NCBI GenBank assembly: GCA_034667685.1
Contig: JAXDQU010000117.1
Location: 1 to 33,184, forward strand
DNA length: 33,184 nucleotides
Origin: Thermoplasmata archaeon
GTDB lineage: Archaea > Thermoplasmatota > SW-10-69-26 > JACQPN01 > JAJPHT01
Direction: 5' to 3'
Below are positions 17,475 through 25,302 of this stretch, piece after piece; position 1 is the stretch's first letter; the number at the start of each line of letters is the position of its first letter. The notes beneath the pieces were generated by a model. It did not search any database, had not been told where the DNA came from, and saw only the letters and a program-made list of their open reading frames with translations. Position numbers and translations under genes: made by a program.

Positions 17475-18613
17475 AGATCCTCCAGGTCAATCCGTACTAC
17501 GCGCCCTACCTCGGCGGCCAGGAGCGCCACGTGCAGACGCTCGCGCGCAAGCTCAAGGAGCGCGGGCACGAGGTCGTCGTGCTCACCTCGAACTATCCGA
17601 AGTCGGCGCCCGAGGAGACAATCGAGGGGATCCGCGTCGTCCGCGTCCCAGTCTATGGGCGCATTCTCCGCAATCCGATCGCGCCCGGGTTCGCGCGCCA
17701 CAAGGATCTCTTCGCGTGGGCGGACGTCGTGCACGTGCACAACGAGCATGGCCTGAGCGCGAACCTCGCCGCGTACCTTGGACCCCGCGTCAAGCGTCCG
17801 ATGGTGCTGACCTGTCACGGGCAGCTCAAGTTCCTCAGCCCGCTCGCCGATGCGTTCGAGCGGGGCTACAGCCGATCGCTGGGGGCGTGGACGCTCAAGC
17901 GCATGGCGCGCGTCATCGCCCTCTCGCCCACGGACGCGAAGTACCTGGACGGCCTCGGCGTCGCGCCCGGGAAGATCCGCGTCGTGCCCAATGCGATCGA
18001 GTTCCCGCCGCAGCCGAGCCCCGTGGACGTGGAGGAGTTCCGCAAGAAGCACGGCCTCGCCGGCAAGGAGGTCATCCTCTTCGTGGGGCCGATCCTCGCG
18101 CGCAAGGCGCCCGACTTGTTGCTCGCGCAATTGCCGCGGATTCTCGCGGAGCGGCCGAATGTCGTCGCCGTGCTCGTGGGCGGCGGCGCGGATCTCGACA
18201 AGATGAGGGCCCGCGCGCGCGAAATGGGTCTGGAGCGACACGCGATCTTCACGGGGCGCGTCTCCGAGCGCGATCTCTACGCGGCCTTCCACGCAGCCAA
18301 CGTCCTCGCCGTGACGTCGAAGTCGGAGGGGCTGCCCACCGTGATGCTGGAGTCGCTGCACCTGGGGCTTCCGATGGTCGCCTCGGACCTGCCGGCGATC
18401 CAGGATTGGTTCTCGGACGTCGCCCTCCTGCGCGACCCGGGATCGCCCGCGTTCGCCGATGCCCTCTGCCGGCTCTTGGCGGATCCCGCGGAGCGCGAGC
18501 GGATGCGCGAGCGCGGTCGCGCCTACGTCCACGAGCGGTTCGGGTGGGACCGGACCGTCGAGGACGTGCTGGCGGTGTACGAAGAAGCTCAGCGCGGCGC
18601 CATGTCGGCCTGA
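17471..18613 (+). CDS. Glycosyltransferase family 4 (GT-B)
   Basis: MKILQVNPYYAPYLGGQE, DVVHVH, VVPNAI, ILFVG...RK and SKSEGLPTVMLES (EX7E) motifs. Confidence 0.95.
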   Translation: MKILQVNPYYAPYLGGQERHVQTLARKLKERGHEVVVLTSNYPKSAPEETIEGIRVVRVPVYGRILRNPIAPGFARHKDLFAWADVVHVHNEHGLSANLAAYLGPRVKRPMVLTCHGQLKFLSPLADAFERGYSRSLGAWTLKRMARVIALSPTDAKYLDGLGVAPGKIRVVPNAIEFPPQPSPVDVEEFRKKHGLAGKEVILFVGPILARKAPDLLLAQLPRILAERPNVVAVLVGGGADLDKMRARAREMGLERHAIFTGRVSERDLYAAFHAANVLAVTSKSEGLPTVMLESLHLGLPMVASDLPAIQDWFSDVALLRDPGSPAFADALCRLLADPAERERMRERGRAYVHERFGWDRTVEDVLAVYEEAQRGAMSA

Positions 18614-19884
18614 GCCTCGATCGTGACCTGCTCCGCGTAATCCGCCGGCGGCGTGGCGTCGTCCGGAAGGATATCACGGGTCAGGACGAGGAACGCCGCC
18701 GTGATCGTCTGGACGGCGAGCCAGCCCCACGCGGCGCCGACGATCCCCCAGCGCAGCGACGCGACCCCCGCGACGGCGACGCCCAAGCCCGACGAGACGC
18801 CGTTCACCGCGAGCAGGGCGGGAGTGTCGTTGCGGATGCGGCAGCGCGCGCCGAAGAGGCGGATGGCGGTGAGGGGCAGCGATGACGCGCTCAAGATCAG
18901 GAGCGGCACGTACGCATGGTCCGCGTACGCCACGCCGAAGAAGCGCAGCCCGACGCGGCCAAGGAGCGCGAGCGCGGCCATGCCGACCGCGAGGAGGGCG
19001 ATGATCCCCACCAGGAGGCGCGCGAACACGCGGCGCGAGCCCTCACCGCGCGCGCCTTGGTTGAGGACCGCGGTGGCGGAGGCCGTCGGCACCACCCAGA
19101 CCAGGTTCGCGATCATGAGCCCCACGTAGAAGAAGCCTGACTCGGCGGGGCCCACGGTGTCGGCGAGGACCGGGGGCAGCACGAGGACGGGAGAAGCCTC
19201 CGCGACCGCGACGAGGTTGTTCCAGAATGCGAAGGTCATGATTTCCTTCGACGCGGGGAAGCGCATGCGTAGCGCGACCTTGTAACCCGGGAGCACGCGG
19301 GGCAGCGTGACGAGGAGCGAGATCAGCGTCGCGGCCGCGGCGGCCAACGCCCAGCTCATGACGGCGCCTTCGAGAGCGAGCGAGAGGAGCGCGAGCAGCA
19401 GGAGGACGCGGAGCGTCGCCGCAGCGCTCGTCTGGACGAACGAGGCGAAGGGCTTGTGGACAGCCAGGAACGCGCTGGAGATGATCGGGACCCACGAGGT
19501 GAGCACGACCGCGAGGACGAAGCTCGCTGCCGCAAGGAAGCTGCGCTGGAGTGGCACGAGCGAGGGCGTGATCCACGGGACCAGGACGAGGAACGCGCCG
19601 GCCCCGAGCCCCGAGATGAGCGTGGCCCACGCGAGGCTGGCGTTGAGGAGCTCGGGCAGATCCTTGTGCCCGTAGCGGAGGATCGCGATGTCGAACCCCC
19701 ACTTCCCCACCGTCGAGAAAAATCCGAGGACGCCGATCGCCGCAGAGGCGAGCCCGACCACCTCGGGCGGATAATGGCGCGCAAGCAGCGTCCAGAAGAG
19801 GAAGCCCATCGCGGAGCCGACGAACGTTCCCGCCGCGAGCGAGACGGCCGTGCCGAGGAGCCGCTTGGACAGGGGCGCGGCCAT
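18589..19884 (-). CDS. Wzx/RfbX-type oligosaccharide flippase (MOP superfamily)
   Basis: About 12 TM segments; GFLFWTLLARHYPPEVVGLASA, VGPAESGFFY and WGIVGAAWGW motifs; ATG 19884 lies 2 nt from the upstream gene's stop. Confidence 0.88.
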   Translation of the reverse strand: MAAPLSKRLLGTAVSLAAGTFVGSAMGFLFWTLLARHYPPEVVGLASAAIGVLGFFSTVGKWGFDIAILRYGHKDLPELLNASLAWATLISGLGAGAFLVLVPWITPSLVPLQRSFLAAASFVLAVVLTSWVPIISSAFLAVHKPFASFVQTSAAATLRVLLLLALLSLALEGAVMSWALAAAAATLISLLVTLPRVLPGYKVALRMRFPASKEIMTFAFWNNLVAVAEASPVLVLPPVLADTVGPAESGFFYVGLMIANLVWVVPTASATAVLNQGARGEGSRRVFARLLVGIIALLAVGMAALALLGRVGLRFFGVAYADHAYVPLLILSASSLPLTAIRLFGARCRIRNDTPALLAVNGVSSGLGVAVAGVASLRWGIVGAAWGWLAVQTITAAFLVLTRDILPDDATPPADYAEQVTIEAQADMAPR

Positions 19885-19886
19885 CG

Positions 19887-21572
19887 TCAGGTCGGCCCCT
19901 TGGTGAGAAGAGGTCGGTCCCGGACGTTGAGAAGCACGAGCGAGTCGTGGTTGGCGTAGATCACGCCCGAGAGCGGCTCGGCCTCGGCGATGCGGGTCGC
20001 GTTGACGGGCCACGGCGTGCCCTGCTCAAGCGCTGCGTAGGCGAGGCTCTGTGGCGTCACGATGTGGATCGTGTAAAGCGTGGCGAGCGTGGTGTTGTAG
20101 CCGCGCGCGGGACCCACCGTCTCGTCGCCGTGCGGCAGGGGCGAGCCGTCGGCCTTGAACGGGAGCCGGAGGGCGGGCGTGTAGACGGAGCGCTCGTTCG
20201 CGTACGCGTAGGAGTAGGCCTGGAGCTCGCTGGTGGTCACGCGGTCGTAGCTCTCCACGTAGCCCGTCGAGACCGTGCCGACGACCACGAGCAACGCGAA
20301 CCCCAGGGAGAGCCACGCGAGGTTGCTGGGACGAAGCAAGGTCCGCCCGACGAGCCACGCCGCGGCCAGCGAGATCGGGACGAGCACGAAGAGGAGCGGC
20401 CGGCTGAAGAAGCGTCCGCCCAGGGCGGCCACGAAGATCGGGCCCATGAGCGCGATCCACAGCAGGGAGGTGCGCAGGAACCGGTCGCGCCGGAGCTTGA
20501 TCAGGGGCAAGGCGAGCCACGCCGCCATGCCGACGAAGAAGACGGCCTTGGCGATGCCCACCCATTCGGAGCCGGGGATCACGCGGGTGATGCCGGTGAC
20601 CTCGCGCTCGCTCGTGAGCGCCTCCGAGACGAGGCCGACGGCGTGGCCCACGATCCAGCCCGACTCGTAGAGAATCCACGCGAGGTAGAGGATCAAGAAG
20701 ATCAGCAGCACGTTCTCGAAGGGCGCCTGGAAGAGCCTCGCGACGATGCCCTTCTTCTGGCTGCGGGGATACTCCACGAGCGCGACGAGGACGCCGGGAA
20801 GGACAAGGAGGGGCGAGAGCGGATGCGAGGCGATCAGCGCGAGGGCGGTGATCGCGAACATCGCGAGGAACCACAGGCTGTCGCGCCGACGCACGAGCAG
20901 GTACACCAGCACCATCGAGAGGGCGAAGCCGATCGTCTCGGGCGCCAGGTTGTTCCTCATCCAGATGAGCTGGCCCACCACGAGCAGGAGCAGCGCGCCG
21001 GCCGCCTCCGCGCGCCCCCACCCCGCGTCGCGGCTCTCCTCGCGGAAGAGGCCCGCGATCAGGAGCTCGAAGGTCCCCACGTAGACGACCATCACGCCCA
21101 GGGGAAAGAGACGCGAGAATACCCACGGGTCCAGGCCGCTCGCGTCGAAAAGATAGCCCGTCAGGATCCAGAAGCCGGGGAATCCGCCCTGGTAGAGCAG
21201 CGTGGTCCCGCCGTGGATCGTGACGATGCTTGCGAGCAGGTTGTTCGGCGAGTCGTGGAACTTGCCGTAGGGCAGCAGGAGGCAGACCGGGAGCGTCGCG
21301 GCCACGATGCTCGCCAGCGTGCCAGCGACGCGCAGCGAGGGGCGGCGCGCGACGAAGGTCGCGGTGACGAGGATCGCGAGCGAGGCGAAGTAGGCGACGG
21401 GCATCGCCGCGTAGACGGGGAGGCCTGGGGAGAAGGGGAGCGGCCCCGCGCTCCAGCACGCGATCCCCAGGAGGGCGAGGCCCGCGGCCAGGAGCGTCAG
21501 GTCCACGGGGCGCGTCGACACCCAGGACGCGAGGCCCTGGCCTTCGGGCGCGTCGGCGGCGACGTCGCTCAT
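19887..21572 (-). CDS. Polytopic membrane protein (possible GT-C or polymerase-like glycan assembly protein)
   Basis: More than 10 hydrophobic segments; KFHDS, YQGGFPGFW and SHPLS motifs; lies between DUF1616 and the flippase with a 4-nt overlap. Confidence 0.72.
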   Translation of the reverse strand: MSDVAADAPEGQGLASWVSTRPVDLTLLAAGLALLGIACWSAGPLPFSPGLPVYAAMPVAYFASLAILVTATFVARRPSLRVAGTLASIVAATLPVCLLLPYGKFHDSPNNLLASIVTIHGGTTLLYQGGFPGFWILTGYLFDASGLDPWVFSRLFPLGVMVVYVGTFELLIAGLFREESRDAGWGRAEAAGALLLLVVGQLIWMRNNLAPETIGFALSMVLVYLLVRRRDSLWFLAMFAITALALIASHPLSPLLVLPGVLVALVEYPRSQKKGIVARLFQAPFENVLLIFLILYLAWILYESGWIVGHAVGLVSEALTSEREVTGITRVIPGSEWVGIAKAVFFVGMAAWLALPLIKLRRDRFLRTSLLWIALMGPIFVAALGGRFFSRPLLFVLVPISLAAAWLVGRTLLRPSNLAWLSLGFALLVVVGTVSTGYVESYDRVTTSELQAYSYAYANERSVYTPALRLPFKADGSPLPHGDETVGPARGYNTTLATLYTIHIVTPQSLAYAALEQGTPWPVNATRIAEAEPLSGVIYANHDSLVLLNVRDRPLLTKGPT

Positions 21573-22477
21573 CGGGGGCTCACCTGCGCGAAGTAACGCA
21601 GCGTTCCCACGTCCGCGCCCTGGGCGTCCGTCACCGTGAGCGTGAGCCGGTAGAGGCCGGGCGAGGCGGGCGCGGTGAGGTTGAGAACGTGCGGGTCCGA
21701 GGCGCCATCATCCAGCGTGACGTTCCAGCCGGGAAGCGGCGTCGTGGCGTCGGACGCGAACGCGGTCCCGTTCAGCGTGCCGCGGTCGAGCTGCGCGCGG
21801 GCGGAGAACTCGGACGTCTTTCCGTCGTGGTTGACCGTGACCGCCATCAGGACGAGCGCTTCTCCCGGGTGCAGCGTCCGGGTGAAGTTGCTCGCGTTGC
21901 CCTCCGCGTTGAGGAAGTAGACCTCGCTGCTGAGCGGATCGACGTTGCGCGCGAGGCCGTGCGCCGCGCCCACGACCGCGATTCCCGCACCCGCCACCGC
22001 AGCGACGACGAGGAGGATCTCCAACCGCGAGAAGGGGGCGCGCGTGGAGGGCGGCGCCTGCCCCACCCGCGCGACCTGTGGGCTCGTCCGGATGAGCGCC
22101 CCGAGGCCGAAGACGAGCCCGAGCCCCGCGAGCGCGGTCGTGAGCTTCTCCGGCGAGAGCCCCCCTGGGAGAATGGTCAGGGCGATGCCGGTGAGGGTCG
22201 TGAGCGTAAGGCTAAAGCCGACGCCCAGGCCCGCGCGCTCGCGCGGGAGCATGCCTCGCCGCTTCCCCTCGATGACGACGTCCGACTCCGCGAACGGATT
22301 TCCTCGGGGGGGGAGGAGGAGGAAGGTGAGAAGGTAGCCGGGAAGGAAGAGGGCGAGCGCGGCGACGCCGGCGAAGCGAAGCGCGCCGCGGGGCGCGACG
22401 AGCGCGAGCGTGAGCGCGAGGAGGACCGCGACCCACGCCTGGATCCAGGGCGCGCGCCACGTGTTCCGCCAGGCCAC
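21569..22477 (-). CDS. DUF1616 domain membrane protein
   Basis: LFLPGYLLTFLLLP...ERAGLGVGFSL and SEVYFLNAEGNASNF...VNHDG match the mainly archaeal DUF1616 pattern. Confidence 0.82.
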   Translation of the reverse strand: MAWRNTWRAPWIQAWVAVLLALTLALVAPRGALRFAGVAALALFLPGYLLTFLLLPPRGNPFAESDVVIEGKRRGMLPRERAGLGVGFSLTLTTLTGIALTILPGGLSPEKLTTALAGLGLVFGLGALIRTSPQVARVGQAPPSTRAPFSRLEILLVVAAVAGAGIAVVGAAHGLARNVDPLSSEVYFLNAEGNASNFTRTLHPGEALVLMAVTVNHDGKTSEFSARAQLDRGTLNGTAFASDATTPLPGWNVTLDDGASDPHVLNLTAPASPGLYRLTLTVTDAQGADVGTLRYFAQVSPR

Positions 22478-22500
22478 GTTCGTGCCCAGTTTGAGCCCCC

Positions 22501-22507
22501 TACTTAA
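22501..22507 (-). promoter_or_regulatory. TATA box (TTAAGTA) for the DUF1616 / membrane protein / flippase operon
   Basis: 24-30 nt upstream of GTG 22477; no Shine-Dalgarno sequence. Confidence 0.6.
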
Positions 22508-22525
22508 GAGGACCGAATCTGGCTC

Positions 22526-24103
22526 CTACGGGCCACGGGAAATGTCGAGCGTGGGGAGCCCGAGCATGGCGTCTAGCAGCGCGTTCGTGATCGCGACGAC
22601 GCCATCGTCCGGCGGCGAGAAGGAGAGCCCCCGGCTCCAGTCCTCCGAGGCCGCATTGAACACGAACGCGCCGTGGCCCACGGCATAGATCGAGGCCTGC
22701 GCGAGGCTGGTCGTGCCGTTCGCGTCCTGCGCGGGCGAGTCGGAGAGGACGATCGCTCTCGGGTTCGATCCGTTCGCGAGGAAACGGTCCCATTCGTTCC
22801 CGACGACACCAGGCACCTTCTGGCCCGGGAGGACGATTCCTTTGAACACGGCCGATGCGTTTTGGTTGAGCACGAGGTCCGCCGTGTACGCGGGATGCTC
22901 GGCGGAGCCAAGCTCGTACATGGATCCCAGCAACGCGCCTTCGGGCTTCAGCGTCGGCGCCTGGCGCCAGCGCCCGGTCGCGTTGGGGACGTCCGCGGCC
23001 AGCGGATCGCGCGCGTCCTTGTAACAGACGACGACGGGCATGGAGGATCCGTCCGGGCTGGGCTCTGTCCGGACCTTCCAGTACATGGTGTTGCCTCCGA
23101 AGATCGCGAGGCTGATGCAGCTCGCGCGCGCCTGCTCCAGAGCAGCGCGCATGGACGCCGACACGTACTCGTCGTGCCCCACCGTGAGGATGCCGTCGTA
23201 ACCATGGACGATGGACGGGTCGCGGCTGAGGTCGACGTCGCCGACGTAGTCGACGGAGCGGCCGGTACGCTCCAGGAACTGGATCATCGGAAGCTCCCAG
23301 CGCTCAAGGTCGCCGTCCCCCTTCGCCTGGTAGGGGCGCTCGAAGCTGACCGCGAAGGCGCGGGCGACGCCAGGGAACGTGGACGCGTAGAGGCTCGATC
23401 CGCCGAACCCGTTGTACGCCTCCCACGTGAACTCGGACGTGTGGTAGAGAAGCTCGGCGTCGTGCTGCGGGTCGCGGACGACGAAGGGCGCGTAGGTCTG
23501 GGACCCGCCCGACGCGGTCAGCTTGACCAGGTAGACGCCGGTCGTCCAGTCCTCTCCGACGACGAAGCTCGTGGTGGGGGACCAAGGCGCGTACACCATG
23601 TTCGTGTCGTTGACGCGCACGACGTCGGGCTGCGCGGAGACGTTCGTCCGGGCGAGGGCGAGGACCTCCCGCGCCCCGGCGCCGCCGTACCACCCCAGGC
23701 GGTACACGTTCGCGGTGAACCATGGCTTCGTGGAGTTGACCATGACGTTCACGGTATCGCCGGGGAGGACGCTGTAAGGCGAAGCGAACGCGTGCATGAC
23801 CGAGCTGGCCTGCGCGATCTTCCAATCGGTGGTCCCGGGAAGCTCGTTCTCCTTGGCGACGCGATTGGGATCCTGGATCCGGACCCGGGGCGTGCATGGC
23901 GCGTCCTGGCTCTCCGGCGGCGGCACGGTCACGGGGGGCGGCGGGGGCGTCGAGGGCGCCGGTGTCGAAGAGGGCGTGGCGCTCGTCACCGCGCGGCTCG
24001 AAGCCACGGGCGTTGCATGGGTCGGCGTGCGCGGCGTCCCCGCGTCCGGGGCTGAGCAGCCAGCCAGGACGAGCACGAGTGCGACGGCGACCCAGAAATT
24101 CAC
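22526..24103 (-). CDS. Lipoprotein with DUF6605 / N,N-dimethylformamidase beta-subunit-like domain
   Basis: Lipobox LAGC after MNFWVAVALVLV; Pro/Thr linker; EN..PGT.DW, YRLGWYGG.GAR, TWEAYN.FGG.SLY, VSFERPY, GHDEY and GN.MYWKVR motifs. GTG 24103 preferred over the 24337 start in the ORF track. Confidence 0.85.
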   Translation of the reverse strand: MNFWVAVALVLVLAGCSAPDAGTPRTPTHATPVASSRAVTSATPSSTPAPSTPPPPPVTVPPPESQDAPCTPRVRIQDPNRVAKENELPGTTDWKIAQASSVMHAFASPYSVLPGDTVNVMVNSTKPWFTANVYRLGWYGGAGAREVLALARTNVSAQPDVVRVNDTNMVYAPWSPTTSFVVGEDWTTGVYLVKLTASGGSQTYAPFVVRDPQHDAELLYHTSEFTWEAYNGFGGSSLYASTFPGVARAFAVSFERPYQAKGDGDLERWELPMIQFLERTGRSVDYVGDVDLSRDPSIVHGYDGILTVGHDEYVSASMRAALEQARASCISLAIFGGNTMYWKVRTEPSPDGSSMPVVVCYKDARDPLAADVPNATGRWRQAPTLKPEGALLGSMYELGSAEHPAYTADLVLNQNASAVFKGIVLPGQKVPGVVGNEWDRFLANGSNPRAIVLSDSPAQDANGTTSLAQASIYAVGHGAFVFNAASEDWSRGLSFSPPDDGVVAITNALLDAMLGLPTLDISRGP

Positions 24104-24186
24104 GAATCGTGACTGTCTCAACTTCCCTTCAACCCGGTTGCCATCCGCCTGCGAGACGCAGCGCTCCTTCCGAAGGTCGGCGGTCG

Positions 24187-24234
24187 AAAAAGGGACTGCG
24201 GAATTTGGCCCGATCGGTCCGCGACCGGATCGAC
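24187..24234 (-). terminator. Putative terminator (hairpin followed by T5 run) downstream of the candidate RNA
   Basis: Minus strand CGATC-C-GGTC-GCG-GACC-GATCG hairpin, then CCCTTTTTC (plus-strand aaaaa at 24187-24191). Confidence 0.4.
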
Positions 24235-24238
24235 GAAG

Positions 24239-24424
24239 TGGACGCGGCGAGATTCGAACTCGCCCCCGGCGGGATTTCGGGGGGTTTGGGGTCTCCAGGA
24301 CCCCCGAACCCCTTGCGGGCGTCTTTCGCCAACGCAATCGCCGCGGCGTGATGCCGCGGCATACCTACCCGAGCGTAGCTTCCGGCATGGCCCGTTCGAG
24401 GCGCGCCGAAACTACGTCGTGTCC
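24239..24424 (-). ncRNA. Candidate 186-nt structured RNA with tRNA-like acceptor stem and T-arm
   Basis: 5' GGACACG pairs 6/7 with 3' CGCGTCC, followed by A; perfect T-arm GCGAG-TTCGAAT-CTCGC; four internal hairpins; TTCAAAT 24-30 nt upstream; no canonical D-arm or anticodon arm. Confidence 0.55.
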
Positions 24425-24447
24425 AGTGCGCGCGAGCCCTTGCGCTG

Positions 24448-24454
24448 ATTTGAA
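24448..24454 (-). promoter_or_regulatory. TATA-like box (TTCAAAT) preceded by purine-rich GCAAGG
   Basis: Exactly 24-30 nt upstream of the first G of the predicted acceptor stem (24424). Confidence 0.5.
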
Positions 24455-24599
24455 CCTTGCTATGCCGCGATGCCGCTTCAACTTAGTGCCCTAAAGGCGC
24501 CGCCCCCAGCGAAAGGAACGCCGTCAGGGGCACTCAGATGAAACAGCACCGGTCGACCAGCCCTGGGCCCGGGTGAGGTTCCTGGTGGGCCGATGACCG

Positions 24600-25110
24600 C
24601 TTGGACCGTAATCCGCGCGCGCCTCTCCGTGGCGGGTGTGGTGGGCGCCGTCGCGACGCTCGTCGCGCTCCTGCCCGGCAGCGCCCTCTGCGAGGCGATG
24701 CGGACCTCAGGCCCCGACTGTACGCAGTTCGCGACGCTGGAGCTGGTCACCTCCATCGTGCTCGCCGTGTTCGACTCGGTCGGCGTTGTCACCGCCTCGG
24801 ACGTGCTGGTGTCGGGCTCGTGCTCGTCGTCGGGGCCGTTTCCGTTGCCGTGCCTATCGAGGTTGCCGTCGGGCTCGCCGTCGTGGTCACGCTCGGCGTC
24901 GTCGGTGAGGCCGGCGTGCTGGAGGCCGCGTCGAGGAGGTGGGCATGCTCGAGGTGGGCGTGCTGCTTGCGGGCGGCGTCGACGAGACTGGCGTGGACGA
25001 GAGGGGCGTCGAGGAGACTGGCGGGGCGCCGTGGCGCCGGAGACGGCGTGATAGCCGGTGGGCGTGTCCAGCGCGGAGTCGTAGAGCATGTCGTTGGTCC
25101 ACGCCGCGCC
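24600..25110 (-). pseudogene. Frameshifted remnant of a Ser/Thr/Pro-rich surface-protein gene
   Basis: S/T/P-rich peptide is split across all three minus frames: PPVSSTPLSSTPVSSTPPASSTPTSSMPTSST / AASSTPASPTTPSVTTTASPTAT / TSTSEAVTTPTESNTASTMEVTSSS. Confidence 0.55.
24975..25019. repeat. Three imperfect 15-bp tandem repeats encoding SSTPx
   Basis: ggcgtcgacgagact / ggcgtggacgagagg / ggcgtcgaggagact. Confidence 0.8.
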
Positions 25111-25128
25111 AAAGCAACGTCTAGAGCA

Positions 25129-25302
25129 TCAACCGGCTTGCCAGAGTTCAGGATCGGCGGGCTCAAACGCGTCGCGTCCCTCGCAGTTAGGACACGCTCC
25201 AACGAATCGGCTGTTCTGGTCCACCACAATTGGGTCCGCGGAGAAGCTGCGCAGCTTGTGACGGTGAGCGCAGTATCGACAGGCGACGAAGGCCTGCGCT
25301 CT
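25129..25302 (-). other. Start-less 57-codon zinc-ribbon reading frame, in frame directly after the TAG of the SBBP gene
   Basis: Hand translation: RAQAFVACRYCAHRHKLRSFSADPIVVDQNSRFVGACPNCEGRDAFEPADPELWQAG*. Confidence 0.45.

Noticed and set aside
24239-24424. Canonical tRNA, tRNA-Sec/Pyl or bona fide tmRNA
   Set aside because: No U8, D-arm or 7-nt anticodon loop in the expected place; no clear bulge-helix-bulge found by eye; no G3-U70 pair or tag frame; too short for a typical tmRNA.
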